A program made the translations under genes and the position numbers. 64,000 bases of DNA from Aureliella sp. (GTDB lineage: Bacteria; Planctomycetota; Planctomycetia; Pirellulales; Pirellulaceae): positions 704,001-768,000 of the forward strand of contig OY829846.1 of NCBI GenBank assembly GCA_963691875.1, written 5' to 3'. Each line of letters begins with the position of its first letter. The stretch's first letter is position 1. A model generated the notes under the pieces. That model was not told where the DNA came from, made no database searches, and saw only the letters and a program-made list of their open reading frames with translations. Shown one piece after another: positions 38,914-49,186 of this stretch.

Positions 38914-39990
38914 CTATTCAAAGAGCGCTGTTTCAGCCATAAGCCCAGGTCCAAAGCCCAACGCTAGGTGCGGCCCTTTCGATTGCTGTTTCAAAAAACG
39001 CTGCAAGACGAACAAAATTGTCGGAGATGACATGTTGCCGTGTTCGGCCAAAACCGCTCGAGAATTATTGAGATCTTCCTTTCCGAGCCCCAGTGCTACT
39101 TCAACGGCATCGAGGATTTTTGGTCCGCCGGGATGCACGACCCAAGACTGTATCGACGCCAAACTGTGGCCACGATCAGACAGCCATTGCTCGAGCCAAG
39201 GCCGGAGATTCGCGGAAATTAAGGGGGGAACAGCACTATCGAGCGACATGTCGAATCCAAAATCCCCGACTTCCCAAGTAATTGCTTCTCGAGAATCTCC
39301 AATCAAGTAGGAGGCAGTGTCTGCCAATGAACAAACCGTTCTTTGAGAACTATTTCCTTCCACAATCAGGGAGGCTGCTCCATCCGCGAAAAGTGCGTTG
39401 CCAAGCATCCGTTTCGGATCCCACTGAAACTTGAAATGCAAACTGCATAACTCGACCGCGACAAGGAGGATTTTGGCGGAAGGCTGAAATGATGCGAGCC
39501 CCAGTGCAGCTCGTAGTCCGTTAATCGCGCCATGACATCCCATGAATCCGACGTTTAGTCGTTGAGCGCTAGGGGACAAACCAAGTTGATCGAATAGATG
39601 GATGTCGACTCCCGGCGCATCGAATCCGGTGCATGATACCGTTACAACATGCGTGATCTCTGAAGGCTCCACACTCGCGTCCGCCAACGATTTTTCTGCG
39701 GCCTCGACTGCGAGTGGACCGGAGTGTTCAGCGTACAACTCCATTCGTTCCCGGGTCGTTGGCCCTGGCTCGCTGCTGGGCGGGGCACCACGGTCTATCC
39801 AGTCGTAAGCAATCGTATATGGCACGCAAGTCCTACGCTGCTCAACATACGATTTGCGGTACATCGCACTTAGCAATCGTACTTCCCGATTGTCCCGACA
39901 GATGAGGTCTTTCGACATCTCGAGCGCTTGCTGCTGAGTCATCGTATGATTGGGTACCGCAAATCCAAAACCAACTATCGAAGCCGCCAC
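38914..39990 (-). CDS. Type III polyketide synthase
   Basis: VSCTG, MGC (Cys), ELCSLH, LFADGA, VHPGG (His), GNMSS (Asn), FGPG. Confidence 0.95.
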   Translation of the reverse strand: MAASIVGFGFAVPNHTMTQQQALEMSKDLICRDNREVRLLSAMYRKSYVEQRRTCVPYTIAYDWIDRGAPPSSEPGPTTRERMELYAEHSGPLAVEAAEKSLADASVEPSEITHVVTVSCTGFDAPGVDIHLFDQLGLSPSAQRLNVGFMGCHGAINGLRAALGLASFQPSAKILLVAVELCSLHFKFQWDPKRMLGNALFADGAASLIVEGNSSQRTVCSLADTASYLIGDSREAITWEVGDFGFDMSLDSAVPPLISANLRPWLEQWLSDRGHSLASIQSWVVHPGGPKILDAVEVALGLGKEDLNNSRAVLAEHGNMSSPTILFVLQRFLKQQSKGPHLALGFGPGLMAETALFE

Positions 39991-40722
39991 ATCAGTTCCT
40001 TAGGTGTTCGGTATATCAGAGCCTGTGGATCCTTCGCACGTAGATTTCGTGTTCAAGCATTGGACACGATAACGAAACAAAGACTCGCAAGTGCGTAAAG
40101 TTTATTCAAAGGAGGGCCACTGAAAATATATAGCTTCAAGAATATGTAGAAATTGGTGCTTGATTCTCCTCAGGGCAGTCAGACACAGTCGCACAGCTCG
40201 GAAATGCGCCCCCAACTTTTTCGGTATGTCGCTTCAAACAATATCCTTTGCTACGGATGGAACATCTTAGAACATCTGATCGAACGACTGGCCTTGTCAG
40301 AATTCAACCACTCCAGCGTAAAGTCAACGATGTTGCTGCTTGGATCTCAAAGAGGCTCAGCATTGGCTTGTTTTTCCGGCTGCGGCCATGCCAAAGACGT
40401 CAGATCGTGTTGCGTTCAACATTCTCCGCCGTCCACTGCTATCTTTAAAAATTCCGAGATAAGTCATGTACCAGTAAAATGCCCCATTTCCTGATACAGA
40501 GTTGTGAAGGTATTTGTTGGTAAATAGTTTTGTTTTTATCGCACTGCTTCGACCTGGCTATCGCTGCGACCGGAGCTGTAGCTTTCTGCGGTTTCGATGG
40601 ACCATCTTCGGGGCTTTTATTACCCTGGTGATGGACATACGCCTCGCAAAGCCTGTATCAGGTCTGCCACTTGCGGTGCGGTCAGATGTTCCCCAAGACA
40701 GGCTGCGACCATATCAATTTGC

Positions 40723-40747
40723 TGTGGGGTGCTTTTTGGGGTACTTT
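40723..40747 (+). repeat. Putative integrase arm-type site, right
   Basis: TGTGGGGTGCTTTTTGGGGTACTTT, one mismatch to 26281. Confidence 0.75.
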
Positions 40748-40789
40748 GGTCGCTGAATCCAGCAGACCCTTGTTTTTGTTGTTCGGGCA

Positions 40790-40808
40790 GAGTCCCGTAG
40801 GGGTCACT
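40790..40808 (+). repeat. attR core
   Basis: Identical to 26155-26173. Confidence 0.93.
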
Positions 40809-40809
40809 G

Positions 40810-40844
40810 AAACCCTCAGGAGCGAAAGTTCCTGAGGGTTTTTT
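40810..40844 (+). terminator. Intrinsic terminator displaced from the tRNA by the insertion
   Basis: AAACCCTCAGGAGC-GAAA-GTTCCTGAGGGTTT plus T-run directly after attR. Confidence 0.85.
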
Positions 40845-40850
40845 CTTGCC

Positions 40851-41150
40851 TTAAGCTGACATCGTGTCAAGCATGACACCGCCAGCGACAACGCCATTTC
40901 CATCTGCTACTGACACGACTTCACTAGCCAGCGGCACAGATGTTGTCGTGGCACCTGCTCTCCAGTGCTTAGCTGTAACTTGCAGATAGTAACTCTCCGC
41001 GGTCTTGGTTGAATGCCCGAGCTAAGCGTCTACAACATGAGACGGGAAGCGTTCCTGCAACCCTGTCCTCCGCGTTGATAGCAGGTTGATGGACGCCTTG
41101 GGCCAAGGTGGGTGCCCCCGATATTTGATACACCTTGATGAGAGCATCAA
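40851..41150 (-). pseudogene. Tyrosine integrase C-terminal remnant
   Basis: PWPKASINLLSTRRTGLQERFPSHVVDA*LGHSTKTAESYYLQVT; TAG where W is expected; aligns with the intact integrase's PWPK...WLGNS...Y. Confidence 0.8.
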
Positions 41151-41512
41151 TTGGGTAATGGGATCTGCATCAGTGTTGTACTTCTGCTTCGCCGCAGATG
41201 GTGGTTCCACGCTAAGCCCCGTATTTTCATCGTCGCAATTCACCACGGACCGCACCAGAGCATGTAATTGCATCGCATGACAAACAACACTGCTCTAGAA
41301 AGAAAGCAGGTGAAAGCGCGTAGGCCAAAGTCGCAACTTTGCCTTCAACACCAACTGAAATCTTGGTTTCGAATTATTCGATCAACCACTAACATGATGT
41401 AATCTAAGTTTTGTTCCAAAAGTGGAAAGCGTTCGATCTGACGTTGCAATTTTTTTCACCCCCCAAGAACTTTGCAGTAAGCGAATAACTTCCTTCGGAC
41501 ATCGCAAATGGG

Positions 41513-42521
41513 TTATCGCAAGGAAGCTCTTCTTCGTCGATGAGCAAGTCCCATCAAACCGGCACTTACTAAGACTGCAAGCGAACCAGGCTCTGGCACA
41601 GCGATAGACGAACGACTTGCAACTCGGAAACCGTAATCGCCGGCCTCGATCGAAGGGGAGAACGTGTTGCGACGCCGCGAAGACAAGGCTTCGGAAGACG
41701 AGCCATCGGGTATGGCCCAGCTCCCACCACGGACCCCGCGATTCGACGAACCTGAACTATTGTTTAGGTTAAAGCTTGTCTCTTCCCATTCGTACACATT
41801 ACCCCCAAACCCATGATTCCAAACGGACTCAACCCACCTGCCTGAGTGATGTCCGCTGGGCCTTGAGAATCAGATGTGCGTACACCGCCGTGTTGTCGTC
41901 CTTACCACTGGACACGGGGGACGGCTTATTTCCATTCAGGCTGGGCCAGGCACCATAACTTCCTGTAATCGGATTGTAATACGCCGCCTTGTACCACTCG
42001 TCCATACTAGCGAGCCAGTATTGTGCGTCCTTGTGACGGTAGAGATTTTCGCCACCCAGTTGCCAAGCTTCAGCCGAACTCCACAATGAAATATCGTCGT
42101 TTACACCACCCTTAGTGAAGTTATACGCCGCCTGGAAACCCTGGCTGGTGTTCAGCCAGTTCACAAATCGAGCCGCTTCATTCCATGACACAGACGTTGC
42201 TGGCTTCTCCGTCCCGCGTGTTTGCTTTGTGATTTCCAACGATTGTGAGGCATTGAACTTTGTGATCATGTCTTCGCTGACTTAGTACTTACCCATCTGG
42301 AAGGTGTACTCGACCTTTCCCGCGGTCCCTGGATTACCGGTCGTGTCGTCGGGGTTGTTGGGACTACCGATTTCGACGAACGTCATACCGAACTGGTTGG
42401 CACCGCTGCCAAAGGTAACGATGTCACCGTACAACGGCGAACTGCCGGCTAGGGCGAGACAAACTATGGTGAAGGCAAGTGAAGCCAGGTTTCTAGAGAA
42501 CATATCAGTGGTGTTTTTCAT
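41513..42521 (-). pseudogene. FGE-sulfatase (SUMF1) domain PEP-CTERM protein, disrupted
   Basis: Signal peptide; GKY*VS in-frame stop at 42282; SWNEAARFVNWLN; EWYKAAYY; frameshift near 41860; RGGSW, GFRV; VPEPG...RRRR tail. Confidence 0.85.
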
Positions 42522-42847
42522 GCTGAATCGATGTAAGTGAGTAGTTTACTTGGCAAGAATATAAAGAAAATCCCCAAAGTGCTTCGGAGAGTGAGGGCGC
42601 AGCGCTCCCGCGTGCATTTCATAACCATGCGAAGCTCAGACGGGATTTGTCTCAGAGAAATCTGAAACCTGCATCGAATCGTTGTGCTTGTTGCGTGAAC
42701 ATGCGTTCTCCAAGAGAAGCAGTACGTTCGCACAGCTGGAACCAAGTAACAATCAAAAAGTGTTCACGAGAACACTTTGGGCACCATTAGCCGAACTCGC
42801 AGAGGTTTTTCGAAGTCAAGAACACGCCTCTTCTTTTAAGAACGCCT

Positions 42848-45800
42848 CTAAGGCATCTCCGGTCGCTGCTCGGCGGACGATCTCTCCGTGTCTCCGCCCA
42901 CTATCTCCGCTCCACCCTCCTGCTCCGCAGACCTGGAAACTTCAGACGGACTCAGGGCCAGCCGGAAACCGCCGTTGATCGTTCGGTACGTAGGGTCGTC
43001 CGTGCAGCGGTACGCCGACCGGCAATTCGCCGAGACGTTGCCCCCGGTGCCGCCACGGTACACCCGGTACGAGCCTCTCGCGGAGCCAATCGGATCGGTC
43101 GTTGACGCTGAGTCGAGGCCGGTGTACCAATCATGCGTCCATTCGTACAAATTGCCATGAATGTCAAAAAGCCCGCGACCCGTTGGCCGGAGATCCTTCG
43201 GAGGATGCACCCGCTTACCGCTGTTTTCCATGAACCAACCAAAACGTGTCAGCAAACCGATGTCACTGCCATACCCGTAGGCCGTCCGAGCCCCGGCCCG
43301 CGCTGCTACCTCCCATTCCGTTTCCGTCGGCAAGCGAAAACCACGACTTTCCAAGTTGATCGGCCAATCCCTTGGGGCCCAGTCCGCTAACGGATTAGGC
43401 TCGCGTGGATACTTAACCTCGTCCAAGGAATCAGGAGATGCATAAGCCTGCTGGTCTTCTGGTAATCCCATCTGCTGACCTAGCCAGCGAGAGAAGGCTA
43501 CCGCGTCGTACCAATCCACTCCAAATCCAGCGTCTTCGGGACTGGCGTCGTATTGCGACATGAACTCGGAATACGAGGGTTGGAACGCAATCAGTTCCTC
43601 GAACTTCACCTCCCGATCCAAGATCGCGAAGGGACGCGTCAGCTCGACCTGATGGCGTTCCTCGTCCTTCACGCGATCAGGTTCGTCTCCCACGGAGCCT
43701 ATTTTGTATTCGCCCTCCCGAAGCACGATGAATGTGTAATAAAAAGTGTTGTTTGATACTGGTTCGGCAACCGATTCATCCGCTCGCTGGTCTGCCAATG
43801 CGTCAGAATTTTCGTCCTTGGTGTTCGTCTCCCCTTTACTTTCAAACGCATTACGTCTTTCCGCGCCAGCGGGATCGCGTTCGTCAGCTTCTTCTGTCGT
43901 GTTATCGTTCGGTTGAGGAGGCTCTGTCGGAGTCACGGTAATCGCCAGCGTGAACCACTCACGATCAGGCGAATACGGCACCGGAGTCTGATCGATACGG
44001 TTGGTGACATCGGTTTGCTCCCAATGCCGCAGGAGCCAGCCCGCCGCACCATGGACGCCCGAACTAGGGTCGTTTGCGTACCAGTCCGCCAATTGTTCGT
44101 GCAGCGACTTGCGACGCGTTTCCGGGATCTCCTCGATCTGGAACTCACCAAGGGCCAGCAAGAGCGCGTACCGAGATCGTGCGCTTCGCCGAAACGCTTC
44201 GCTTGTGATATCGAGTGATGGTCCCTCTCGTACACGTCGCGTTTCAATATCTAGCAGTTCCAGCAGCGGCTCGGCACCCACACCTCGCTCGCGGCAGCGA
44301 AAAATGAACTGCGTCAGCGCTTCCGGGTCATCGGTGTAATCAAAGACAGGCAGGACTTTTTCTCGCTCTCCAAGTCTCAGCAACAACACAGCGGCATTGG
44401 CTCGCTGCTGGCCGAAAGCGATCCGCTCGACCGATCCCATGTCGTCCGGCGGAAGCGTGGCCGCCGTGATCGCAAGTGCCTCGACGATGGAGCCCGACGG
44501 ACTAGCAGAAACCAGCGGATAGAGCACGGCGAACTGCTCTGGCGTGGCGACGGTCAGCAGCTGCGATAGTGTATCGACGTCCCTGGCGGCGTAGTCGGCA
44601 AACGCATTAGCGGCACTGAGTCGCTGTGCATCGGTCACTTCGTTGGCGGCGAAGATTTGTTCGAGATCCGGTAACAGCTTGTTTTGTAGCGGTCGCAATG
44701 CCTCGCGCAGCAGCGGCTGGTACTCGGCGTTGGAAGATACGAGCTGTTCGACCACAAATTTCAGATCCTCATCAGTCCAGCCTTCGGTCGCTGATGGCGG
44801 ACCATAGTCAGCCAGGGCCAATGCCGCTCGGAAACGCCGCCGTGGATCGGCTTCGTTTCTCAGCACCTCGCGGAATTCGTCGGTCAGCGTCGCCGCCGAA
44901 AAACGCAACAATTTCCGTATCGGGAGTACGTAGGTTACCTTGCCGGTGAGCAATTCTTCGACGAGCGAATCGACATGCGAAGGATCACTGCTAACCGCCG
45001 CCAGGCGAGCGTGCAATTGGCTTCGCTGTTCGTCGAGTGTTTTGGCTGCACGCGATAGCAGGGGCTTGAGATAGTTGGCGGCGACTTCTGGATTCCCATC
45101 CAGTTCCGCAACGATGTCAGGAATCTGATTCGGTTCGGCACTGATTAATTTACCGACCAGCCCCTCGATGCGGGTTTCTTCTTGCTCCTGCTTTTTCTGC
45201 GCAATCAGTTCTTGTCGGTTTTTTTCGATCTGGCTACGGATGCCGAGGCCGCTAACCACGATCGCGGCCAGAGCTGTAACCGCGAGTGCTGAGCGAATGC
45301 CATGCAAGCGTCCAGCTCGGCTCATCATCTTCTTTTGCGACTCAGTCCACTTCCTCTTGTCCGTCAGCATTCGGATAGTGAGATGCTCCCACCACGACGG
45401 CAGCAACCGGTTTCCGGGCTTGGCATTCCAGTTTGCGGAACTGTCGGCCAACTTCAATTCCGCGCGTCCGCGACGGGTTTCTTTCTGCTTGCGAGTCAAC
45501 CAGTCTCGCAGTGAAGGAACCAGATAGTCGTGCGTCAGTTGAAAGTACTTTTCCCCCGCCTGAAGCCGTGCTGTAGAGTCATTAGCATCATCGACACCAG
45601 CAGGGTCGGTCGGCGTGATCAAACGGAGTTGGCTGTCCAAGATCCGGATTAGTTCCGCGAAGTCCCGGGGACGACTGACATAGCCGCTAGTATCCAACAG
45701 CTCGGCATGAGAGAGCATGTGTCCTTTGATGTCGGTTCCCCTGTCGGGTAGCAAAGCTCTCAAGACTGCGCGAGCCGCTTTCTGGTGATAGCGGTGTTCC

Positions 45801-47758
45801 GGAGGAGCGGTGGACGCGTTGAAGGTTGCCTCCAGAAACGTCACGCCCACGCCCTGGGTCCCACCGACTTCTTCCAGCACGGCAGGGGTCCACGTCTTGC
45901 TCTTCATCATTTCGGCAAACAGCGACAGCCGAGCACAGATCACCTTGCCTTCTTCAGCCAGACTAGCAATCGCTTCCGAAAGGAATTTTCGTTGCTCTTG
46001 ATTTGTGTCAGCGATAGCCTCAGGTAGCTTTCCAAACGCCCGCCCAAAGGCGCTTAGAACCTTGCGAGCGTGGTCGATATCAAACAAATCGGCCAACGCA
46101 CTGTTCTCACCTTCGACCAGTGGAACCTCTAACTCACGGAGAAAGCGACTGACAGCAAGCCAGAAATCGTCACGCACCATGGCAATGCATTGCACACGAC
46201 TTCCATCACACTGCCTTAATGCTTGCACCAGATCAGTATTTGACTCTTCCTTGTGGGCGTACAGCCATTGCTCGAACTGGTCGAGCACCATTAGCACTTT
46301 CTTGCCAACCGGGATACCTTGGCCCTGCCGGAGTGCCGTAAGAGTCTCCTTGAGACTCAAGTTCTTTCCGAGGGTCGGAAAGAACTTTCGCAGACCATTC
46401 AATAAACGTGTTTCGGTCTCCTCTGGTGTGGCTTCGACGTGTACGGGAATGATGTCAGCGGACAAACGAGGCAAGAGCCCGGCTTTGACTAGAGACGACT
46501 TTCCACACCCCGAAGGGCCATAGATCAGCCCGACGGAAAACGTGTTGTCCGCTTCGGTTTCTTCGATGCGGGTCTTCCAGAATCGCAGGCTGTCGGGCAG
46601 TCCCTCGCGGTCACGCGGGCCGGGCAATAGTTCCAGGAAGAAGTCAGCGTCGTGGGCGTCGAAGGATCTTAAGCCCTTGGGCACTATCCTGATCGGCTGG
46701 CTATCTGAATTCTCCTGGGTCGAATCGCCCTTGGCCGTTGCGGAGTCACCAGTCGCAAGGATGGTGTCTTCCCGAACCGTCTGCTCCGGCGATGTTGTCG
46801 AACCGCTGATGGTTGTCTCCCACACTGAGGCCAGGCACAGCCTCAGATCTTCCGACATGTCGAGCGCGGTCGTGTATCGATCGGCGGCCCGCTTGGCCAG
46901 GGCCTTCAAGCAGATCCGCTCCAGCTCTTTGGGAATGCGATCGTCGATCTGACGTGGCGGTTTGACTTCCTGGCTGGTGATTTGTGCGAGTAGTTCATGT
47001 TGGGTGTCAGCCGAAACGGTTCTGCGTCCGGTCAACAGTTCGTAGAGCACCGCGCCCAGGCTGTAAATATCGCTGCGACCGTCGACGCGATGTCCCTCTC
47101 CCCGAGCCTGCTCAGGACTCATGTAGGCCGGCGTACCCGCGTAGCGAGGTCCTTTGCCGAGGTCTGCTTCACGGAGCGCGAGCCCAAAGTCAACCACGTA
47201 GGGCTCATCGTTCTCGTCCAGCAAGATGTTGCCCGGCTTCACGTCACGATCGACCAAGCCTTGCTTGTGCGCGTAGTGCAGGGCCTCAGCCACAGTAGCC
47301 ACTAATTCCACAGCAGATGTGAAGTCCAACCGCGACTTTCTGAGTCGCGCGGCGAGATCGGTCCCTTCGATGTACTTAGAAACGATGTAGCAAGGGAATT
47401 CGTCGGAGCTGCCCACATCGTAGACCGGCACAATGTAGGGATGATCGAGCCCGGCGACGGTCCGCGCTTCAGTCAAATACGGTTCCGCATCCTCTGGTCG
47501 GTTGATCAGCCGGGCGTGTGGTACTTTGACGGCCACGCGCCGATCGAGCTGCTCGTCGTGGGCCAGATAGACGAGTCCATATCCACCCTTTCCCAACACC
47601 TTTTCGATTCGGTAGCGACCAATGCATTCCGGATGCTCTATTGCATTTGTCAGATCGGATGCAGCTAGCGCTCTCTCTTGATCATTTGTGTCTTGATCCT
47701 GTGTGATCGACAAATCCTGGCTGATATCGTCGGGCTCGTCCATTTCAATCTGGGCCAT
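42848..47758 (-). CDS. Ser/Thr kinase - P-loop NTPase (nSTAND-like) - FGE-sulfatase multidomain protein
   Basis: GKGGYG, VAVK, DFG, YMSPE; GPSGCGKSSL, LDQFE, THDYL; FRLPTETEWE, GNLYEW, RGG, GFRL. Confidence 0.88.
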   Translation of the reverse strand: MAQIEMDEPDDISQDLSITQDQDTNDQERALAASDLTNAIEHPECIGRYRIEKVLGKGGYGLVYLAHDEQLDRRVAVKVPHARLINRPEDAEPYLTEARTVAGLDHPYIVPVYDVGSSDEFPCYIVSKYIEGTDLAARLRKSRLDFTSAVELVATVAEALHYAHKQGLVDRDVKPGNILLDENDEPYVVDFGLALREADLGKGPRYAGTPAYMSPEQARGEGHRVDGRSDIYSLGAVLYELLTGRRTVSADTQHELLAQITSQEVKPPRQIDDRIPKELERICLKALAKRAADRYTTALDMSEDLRLCLASVWETTISGSTTSPEQTVREDTILATGDSATAKGDSTQENSDSQPIRIVPKGLRSFDAHDADFFLELLPGPRDREGLPDSLRFWKTRIEETEADNTFSVGLIYGPSGCGKSSLVKAGLLPRLSADIIPVHVEATPEETETRLLNGLRKFFPTLGKNLSLKETLTALRQGQGIPVGKKVLMVLDQFEQWLYAHKEESNTDLVQALRQCDGSRVQCIAMVRDDFWLAVSRFLRELEVPLVEGENSALADLFDIDHARKVLSAFGRAFGKLPEAIADTNQEQRKFLSEAIASLAEEGKVICARLSLFAEMMKSKTWTPAVLEEVGGTQGVGVTFLEATFNASTAPPEHRYHQKAARAVLRALLPDRGTDIKGHMLSHAELLDTSGYVSRPRDFAELIRILDSQLRLITPTDPAGVDDANDSTARLQAGEKYFQLTHDYLVPSLRDWLTRKQKETRRGRAELKLADSSANWNAKPGNRLLPSWWEHLTIRMLTDKRKWTESQKKMMSRAGRLHGIRSALAVTALAAIVVSGLGIRSQIEKNRQELIAQKKQEQEETRIEGLVGKLISAEPNQIPDIVAELDGNPEVAANYLKPLLSRAAKTLDEQRSQLHARLAAVSSDPSHVDSLVEELLTGKVTYVLPIRKLLRFSAATLTDEFREVLRNEADPRRRFRAALALADYGPPSATEGWTDEDLKFVVEQLVSSNAEYQPLLREALRPLQNKLLPDLEQIFAANEVTDAQRLSAANAFADYAARDVDTLSQLLTVATPEQFAVLYPLVSASPSGSIVEALAITAATLPPDDMGSVERIAFGQQRANAAVLLLRLGEREKVLPVFDYTDDPEALTQFIFRCRERGVGAEPLLELLDIETRRVREGPSLDITSEAFRRSARSRYALLLALGEFQIEEIPETRRKSLHEQLADWYANDPSSGVHGAAGWLLRHWEQTDVTNRIDQTPVPYSPDREWFTLAITVTPTEPPQPNDNTTEEADERDPAGAERRNAFESKGETNTKDENSDALADQRADESVAEPVSNNTFYYTFIVLREGEYKIGSVGDEPDRVKDEERHQVELTRPFAILDREVKFEELIAFQPSYSEFMSQYDASPEDAGFGVDWYDAVAFSRWLGQQMGLPEDQQAYASPDSLDEVKYPREPNPLADWAPRDWPINLESRGFRLPTETEWEVAARAGARTAYGYGSDIGLLTRFGWFMENSGKRVHPPKDLRPTGRGLFDIHGNLYEWTHDWYTGLDSASTTDPIGSARGSYRVYRGGTGGNVSANCRSAYRCTDDPTYRTINGGFRLALSPSEVSRSAEQEGGAEIVGGDTERSSAEQRPEMP

Positions 47759-48437
47759 CCATCGGAAGCAACACCAGCCTTGATGTTCGTTGACTTGTCA
47801 CTGGGCTCCGTCGCGTAGAGCAACTTGCGCTTGCGTAGAAAAGCCCGCATCGATCGTTGAACGCGGTAGCGATAAAAGGAGAATCGCTCAGGAAAGTGCA
47901 ATTGTCGCATACAGCCGACCGGGGTTCAAGAACTATGCACCGGTCGCGATTGCAACTCACCGTACAGCTGAACACCAAGTCGCTGCCCCCAGGAACCAGG
48001 CCAGGTAGACCCCGCTGAGCAATCCTGCCCCCTCCGTTCTAAACCGAGTACCGTGGCAGGAGACATTTTGAAATATTAAGATCGAAAAACCGGTTCAAGG
48101 CTTGAGATGAGGACAACCTTCGGTGGTTGGACCAGCCAACAGCTTGCAGTATTGAGGCCCGGCTCCCTCAATCTTAATCATCTTGAAGGCAATGATCTCA
48201 AATCGCTCAACGACTATCCTGAGCGGCGAAGTCAGCGCTGGCCGATCTCCATTTTGAATATGGAAGAACAGCTATCGGACATAACGCAATAGGTCTTTTG
48301 TCCGCACCTGCTAAATCCTAATCCGCTTTCGGTGGAGGCCCTTCTTTACAATCCCGACCACCGGACTAAGCCTAGGCTGACATGGTTCGGAATGAGGTGC
48401 GCAAATAGATCAAGCTTATTTACTCGGGGCCACAGGT

Positions 48438-48983
48438 TCACCCATTCAATTTCTGTTGCCTTTCCCGCTCTTCTCTCTCCTTTTGATAGACGGCGAAACT
48501 TTCCTTCTTCGCTTTCTCCTCCCGGATTGCGTAAGGAATAAAGAAAAAGGAACCTATACCAATAGTGGTCAAAAACAGCCCAAAGAGTGTCGGTCCTATA
48601 ATATTCGAAATATGAATCCCCGGTTGTAAGACAGAATCTTCAGGATTCGCTGGATTGAAATACACTTCACATGGTTTTGTTACTGAAAGATCAGCAAGCG
48701 TTTTTTGGGCCTTATCGTATCTGTTGTAAGAAGGGATTGGAATTCTCAGCCTCGTGCCGTTATGAGTCTTTCCATCGACCAGATATGTAAAATGAACTGT
48801 CGGACGGAAACTCTGGGTACTCCGTCCATCCTTGTCTCGCATCGAAGAAGACTCTACTTTCTTGGACAGGAGTTGGCCTTGGACAGAAGGCCAGGACGCG
48901 GACTCAAGGGCTTCTTGCACATTCACGAAAGTCCAAACTAAGAACGCCACCCCCCTACAAAGAAAGGGAGTGGGAAAAACCAT
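48438..48983 (-). CDS. DUF3592-like membrane protein (start uncertain)
   Basis: S.SWPSV.G, F.Y.VDG, VYFNP.NP..SVL flanked by TM segments. Confidence 0.65.
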   Translation of the reverse strand: MVFPTPFLCRGVAFLVWTFVNVQEALESASWPSVQGQLLSKKVESSSMRDKDGRSTQSFRPTVHFTYLVDGKTHNGTRLRIPIPSYNRYDKAQKTLADLSVTKPCEVYFNPANPEDSVLQPGIHISNIIGPTLFGLFLTTIGIGSFFFIPYAIREEKAKKESFAVYQKEREERERQQKLNG

Positions 48984-49186
48984 TTGAAAATAAAATCTAT
49001 CATCTTGGATTGCCCTGCTTTCTGATACATGCTCATGAAGAAAGGATGGGGTAGTTGTCTCTATTTCGCTCTTCGGTTTTAAGGTAGTTAGCGAATCGAC
49101 TGGAGTCGAAGCGGCACACACTGAGACGCGAATTCGGCCAGCGAAAGTCTGTTGGCCGAAATGTGAGGAAGTCGATGTTTGTAAGT

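Larger units (their letters stand above)
26155..40808. mobile_element. tRNA-Glu-integrated element (integrase + PolA/primase-helicase module + cargo)
   Basis: Perfect 19-bp direct repeat GAGTCCCGTAGGGGTCACT at both ends; integrase adjacent to the tRNA. Confidence 0.92.

Noticed and set aside
39991..40619. Short ORFs upstream of the PKS
   Set aside because: No recognisable motifs or consistent frame; treated as intergenic or decayed DNA.
26155..40808. Complete prophage, ICE or pipolin
   Set aside because: No structural, lysis, relaxase or T4SS genes seen; the polymerase is family A, not primer-independent family B.
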